DNA of 64,000 nucleotides from the NCBI GenBank assembly GCA_010909165.1, contig VJWM01000182.1, forward strand, positions 124,001 to 188,000, written 5' to 3'. Every line of letters begins with the position of its first letter. Within the stretch, counting starts at the first letter, position 1. This document shows, in pieces, positions 61,545-64,000 of the stretch. The notes beneath the pieces were generated by a model that was given only the letters and a program-made list of their open reading frames with translations, did not search any database and was not told the origin of the DNA. The stretch comes from Anthoceros angustus. Lineage: Eukaryota > Plantae > Anthocerotophyta. The position numbers were made by a program, and so were the translations under genes.

Positions 61545-62410
61545 TGAGCCAAGTTTGGGGGGCATAGCTTGAGGACTTCACAAGAGAGTTGATCATATCC
61601 CGGCCCCCATTTCCCGTCTCCCCGTCGAATACATTAAGAGATATTTTTGAGAGTTGGCAAGAAAGGAGGACCTAAGGAGCCTTCGTGGCTCCATGTGTCT
61701 TGGGCGTTGTCTCGGCTTCATACAGGGGCAAACGTGACTCGGAAAGGCGAGATCCTCCAGCAGGCTAGGGCAATGTTGGTGATGAGTCAGGTGCCAAGTG
61801 TGGACAGATTGGACTCATCGAGGCCTGAGCCTAGCCAGCACCCACTGCTATTTATAGAACATATTGCGGCACAATCTGCTGCAAGTGAAGGCAGCCGATG
61901 TTCAGAAAGTGAAAGGTTCTGATCGAAGAGATTGCTGCCTCTTGCATTCAACAATCAGGGTGAAATGTGAGGGGTTGCGCATGCTGCGCAGCTATGAGCC
62001 TGTAAATCACGCCATAGCCTGCACCATGAGAAGAAATTGGGTCACCTAGGTTTGGCTATCTTCCCACGTTGGGCATCAGGGCTACACCAACAACAAGTTG
62101 GAAAATAGCCAGCATGTATTCTTACCTAACACTCGAAAACATCTAGCATTCTAAACTAGTTTGCAAAATATCTAGTTCAGCTAGATTCATTCATCCTAGC
62201 ATTAATTTGGGAAATGTATTTGTTGTCTTATTCTACACAACATTGGGTCGGCTTCTTACCTAATCGGTCACCTTCATGATGCGTTACTAGAACAATGTTG
62301 GTGATGAGTCAGGTGCCAAGTGTGGACAGCTTGGACTCATCGAGGCCTGAGCTTTGGCCAGCACCTTCTATTTATAGAACAGATTGCGGTAGCCGATGTT
62401 CAGAAAGTGA
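61545..62410 (-). mobile_element. Probable 3' LTR region of the Ty3 element (partially duplicated)
   Basis: Lies downstream of integrase. Minus strand has CTATAAATAG TATA-like boxes in two copies (about 61775-61920 and 62290-62410) and ends ...TTGGCTCA at 61545, where it meets R2-like RT sequence. Confidence 0.45.
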
Positions 62411-64000
62411 AAGAATCGATCCCCGGTGATTGGGCTGAAGAGCATTGTGCTATAGCTGCGGCCCGGTGGCACAGAGGCGAGCAAAGTTGCTCAGGAACCT
62501 TAGAGAGAGGTGGATTGAGACAGAACAAGTGGTAACCACCATTGCAGTAGTCGCAAAGCAGCATCAACTCAGCGTCGTCAGTCCTCTGGCATACCTGACA
62601 TGGGTAATCTTGAGGAGGAATCTAGTCAGCAGTGACTATGGTTGGGTCCAAGTTAGGAAGGTGGCAGGGTGCGCAATTTTTCATATGGTCTGTGATGGTG
62701 CGCCCATCTGACCCTTGCAACAGCAAGACCCCGTTTGGTTGGACCTCCCTGATTTGCAGCACATGATGGTTGCTGACAGTGTCCAGAGTGTCCCCTGTTT
62801 GGCGTTGTAGGTATACGAAATCCCCCACTTGAAACTTCTTCAGTTTGGGCCTGAAACTCCCACTGTGGGTGTATGTATACCGCAATGTGTCCCGGTGCTA
62901 TGCGATGCGGAGATTGGCCATTGCCATGGGCATCACTTGCCTAAACAATGCAGCCCTCTCACCTATTACGCGAGCCCAAACAGCAGGATCATCCAGATCC
63001 AAAACTTCTGCCATCTGTTTGGCAATAGCACTGGGTGGTATGGGCTCCCTCCCAAACAGCAAAAAGTAGGGACTAGAGTGGGCTAAGGAGGCATGTTTGC
63101 TGAGCCTGTACCCCATGGAAATGTATGGTAGGGCAAAATCCCATTCTGTCTTGGGCATCCGTAAGCATAGTTTCCTCAGACCCTTCTTGATTGTTTCCAC
63201 CATACGCTCTGCGAGACCATCGGCTTGGGGGTGGTCTCGACTAGTCCTGCGATGGTCAATCAATGCTGCATCCAACATATCCTGGAATTCTCCTCGAAAT
63301 TCAAAGCCCTGATCTGTCAAGCACTCAGCACAAACTCCCAAAGCGTGCCAGCACATTCTGAAGGAAAGCCTGCACTGTGCTCCTAAATGTCTTATCAGGA
63401 AGGGCCACCACTTCGATCCACTTGCTGAAATGCTCCATCATAACGAGCACGTAGACATCGCCCCTGGGTGTACGAAGGAGTTCCCCAAGCAGGTCACAGA
63501 ACCACCGGAAGAACAGACCCATGATGGGCAAAGGCTGTAGTTGTGGATTCTGAATGTTGTAGGTGGTCTTAACTCTGTCACACTCCACATAGCGAGCCAC
63601 CTGTTGCTTCACCTGGGCATGCATACGGTACCAATGAAAATGTGGAACTAAGAGGCTGTAGGTCCTTTTGACACCAAAGTGACCCATGTCGTCATGGACT
63701 CGACGAATCAACTGCTCTCTCTCAGTTGGTGGAGGCACAAGACGCTCCACTCCGTTACCCAACCTTCGTAGCAAGTAATTGTCTCGCCAGTAGTACATCT
63801 CAGCGCGTTGACGGATCTGCTCCTGGACTGCTGGTTTTAGTGACGTGTCCAACTGTCCAGTTTGCACAAAGTGCAAAGTCTCAGCATCCTCCCACATGTC
63901 CTTGGGCCTGGTAGTGCTGGTATTAGCCTCCAACTGTCCCAAGCATGTCATGGCCACCAGGGCGGCCACATCAAGACCCTCGGCCTCATTGCTATCTAGA
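62400..64000 (-). mobile_element. Ty3/gypsy pol: integrase (HHCC, DDE core, GPY/F-like tail) with C-terminal PHD finger; runs off the right edge
   Basis: VHDDMGHFGVKRT...ECDRVK, FCDLLG...MEHFSKWIEVVALPDK, LTDQGFEFRGEF...TSRDHPQADGLAERMVETIK, FQVGDFVYL. After an in-frame TAG (62622-62624): PCQVCQRTDDAELMLLCDYCNGGYHLFCLNPPLSKVPEQLCSPLC. Confidence 0.92.

Overview
Nuclear DNA from a land plant with a compact genome; introns are about 70-200 nt. The non-seed lineage (hornwort- or lycophyte-like) is inferred from intron size, a PLS-PPR relic and the TE repertoire, and is not proven. Host genes are: COG6 (8 exons visible, minus strand, running off the left edge), an intronless CAX Ca2+/H+ exchanger followed 538 bp later by a GT37 xyloglucan fucosyltransferase, tRNA-Phe(GAA), and a long AITR/DUF7950-like gene whose 3' half is tandemly duplicated. 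The rest is mostly a diverse TE nest: LTR relics, Harbinger-like and trihelix fragments, a pogo/Fot1-like DDE_1 transposon, a non-autonomous CACTA, a Sola2-like transposase, two different RLE-endonuclease non-LTR retrotransposons (CRE-like and R2-group-like), and a Ty3 integrase ending in a PHD finger. Several 0.3-1.8 kb head-to-tail duplications occur, most bounded by 5-11 nt microhomologies. Unique genes read cleanly while duplicated segments are indel-rich, so many frameshifts may be consensus errors.
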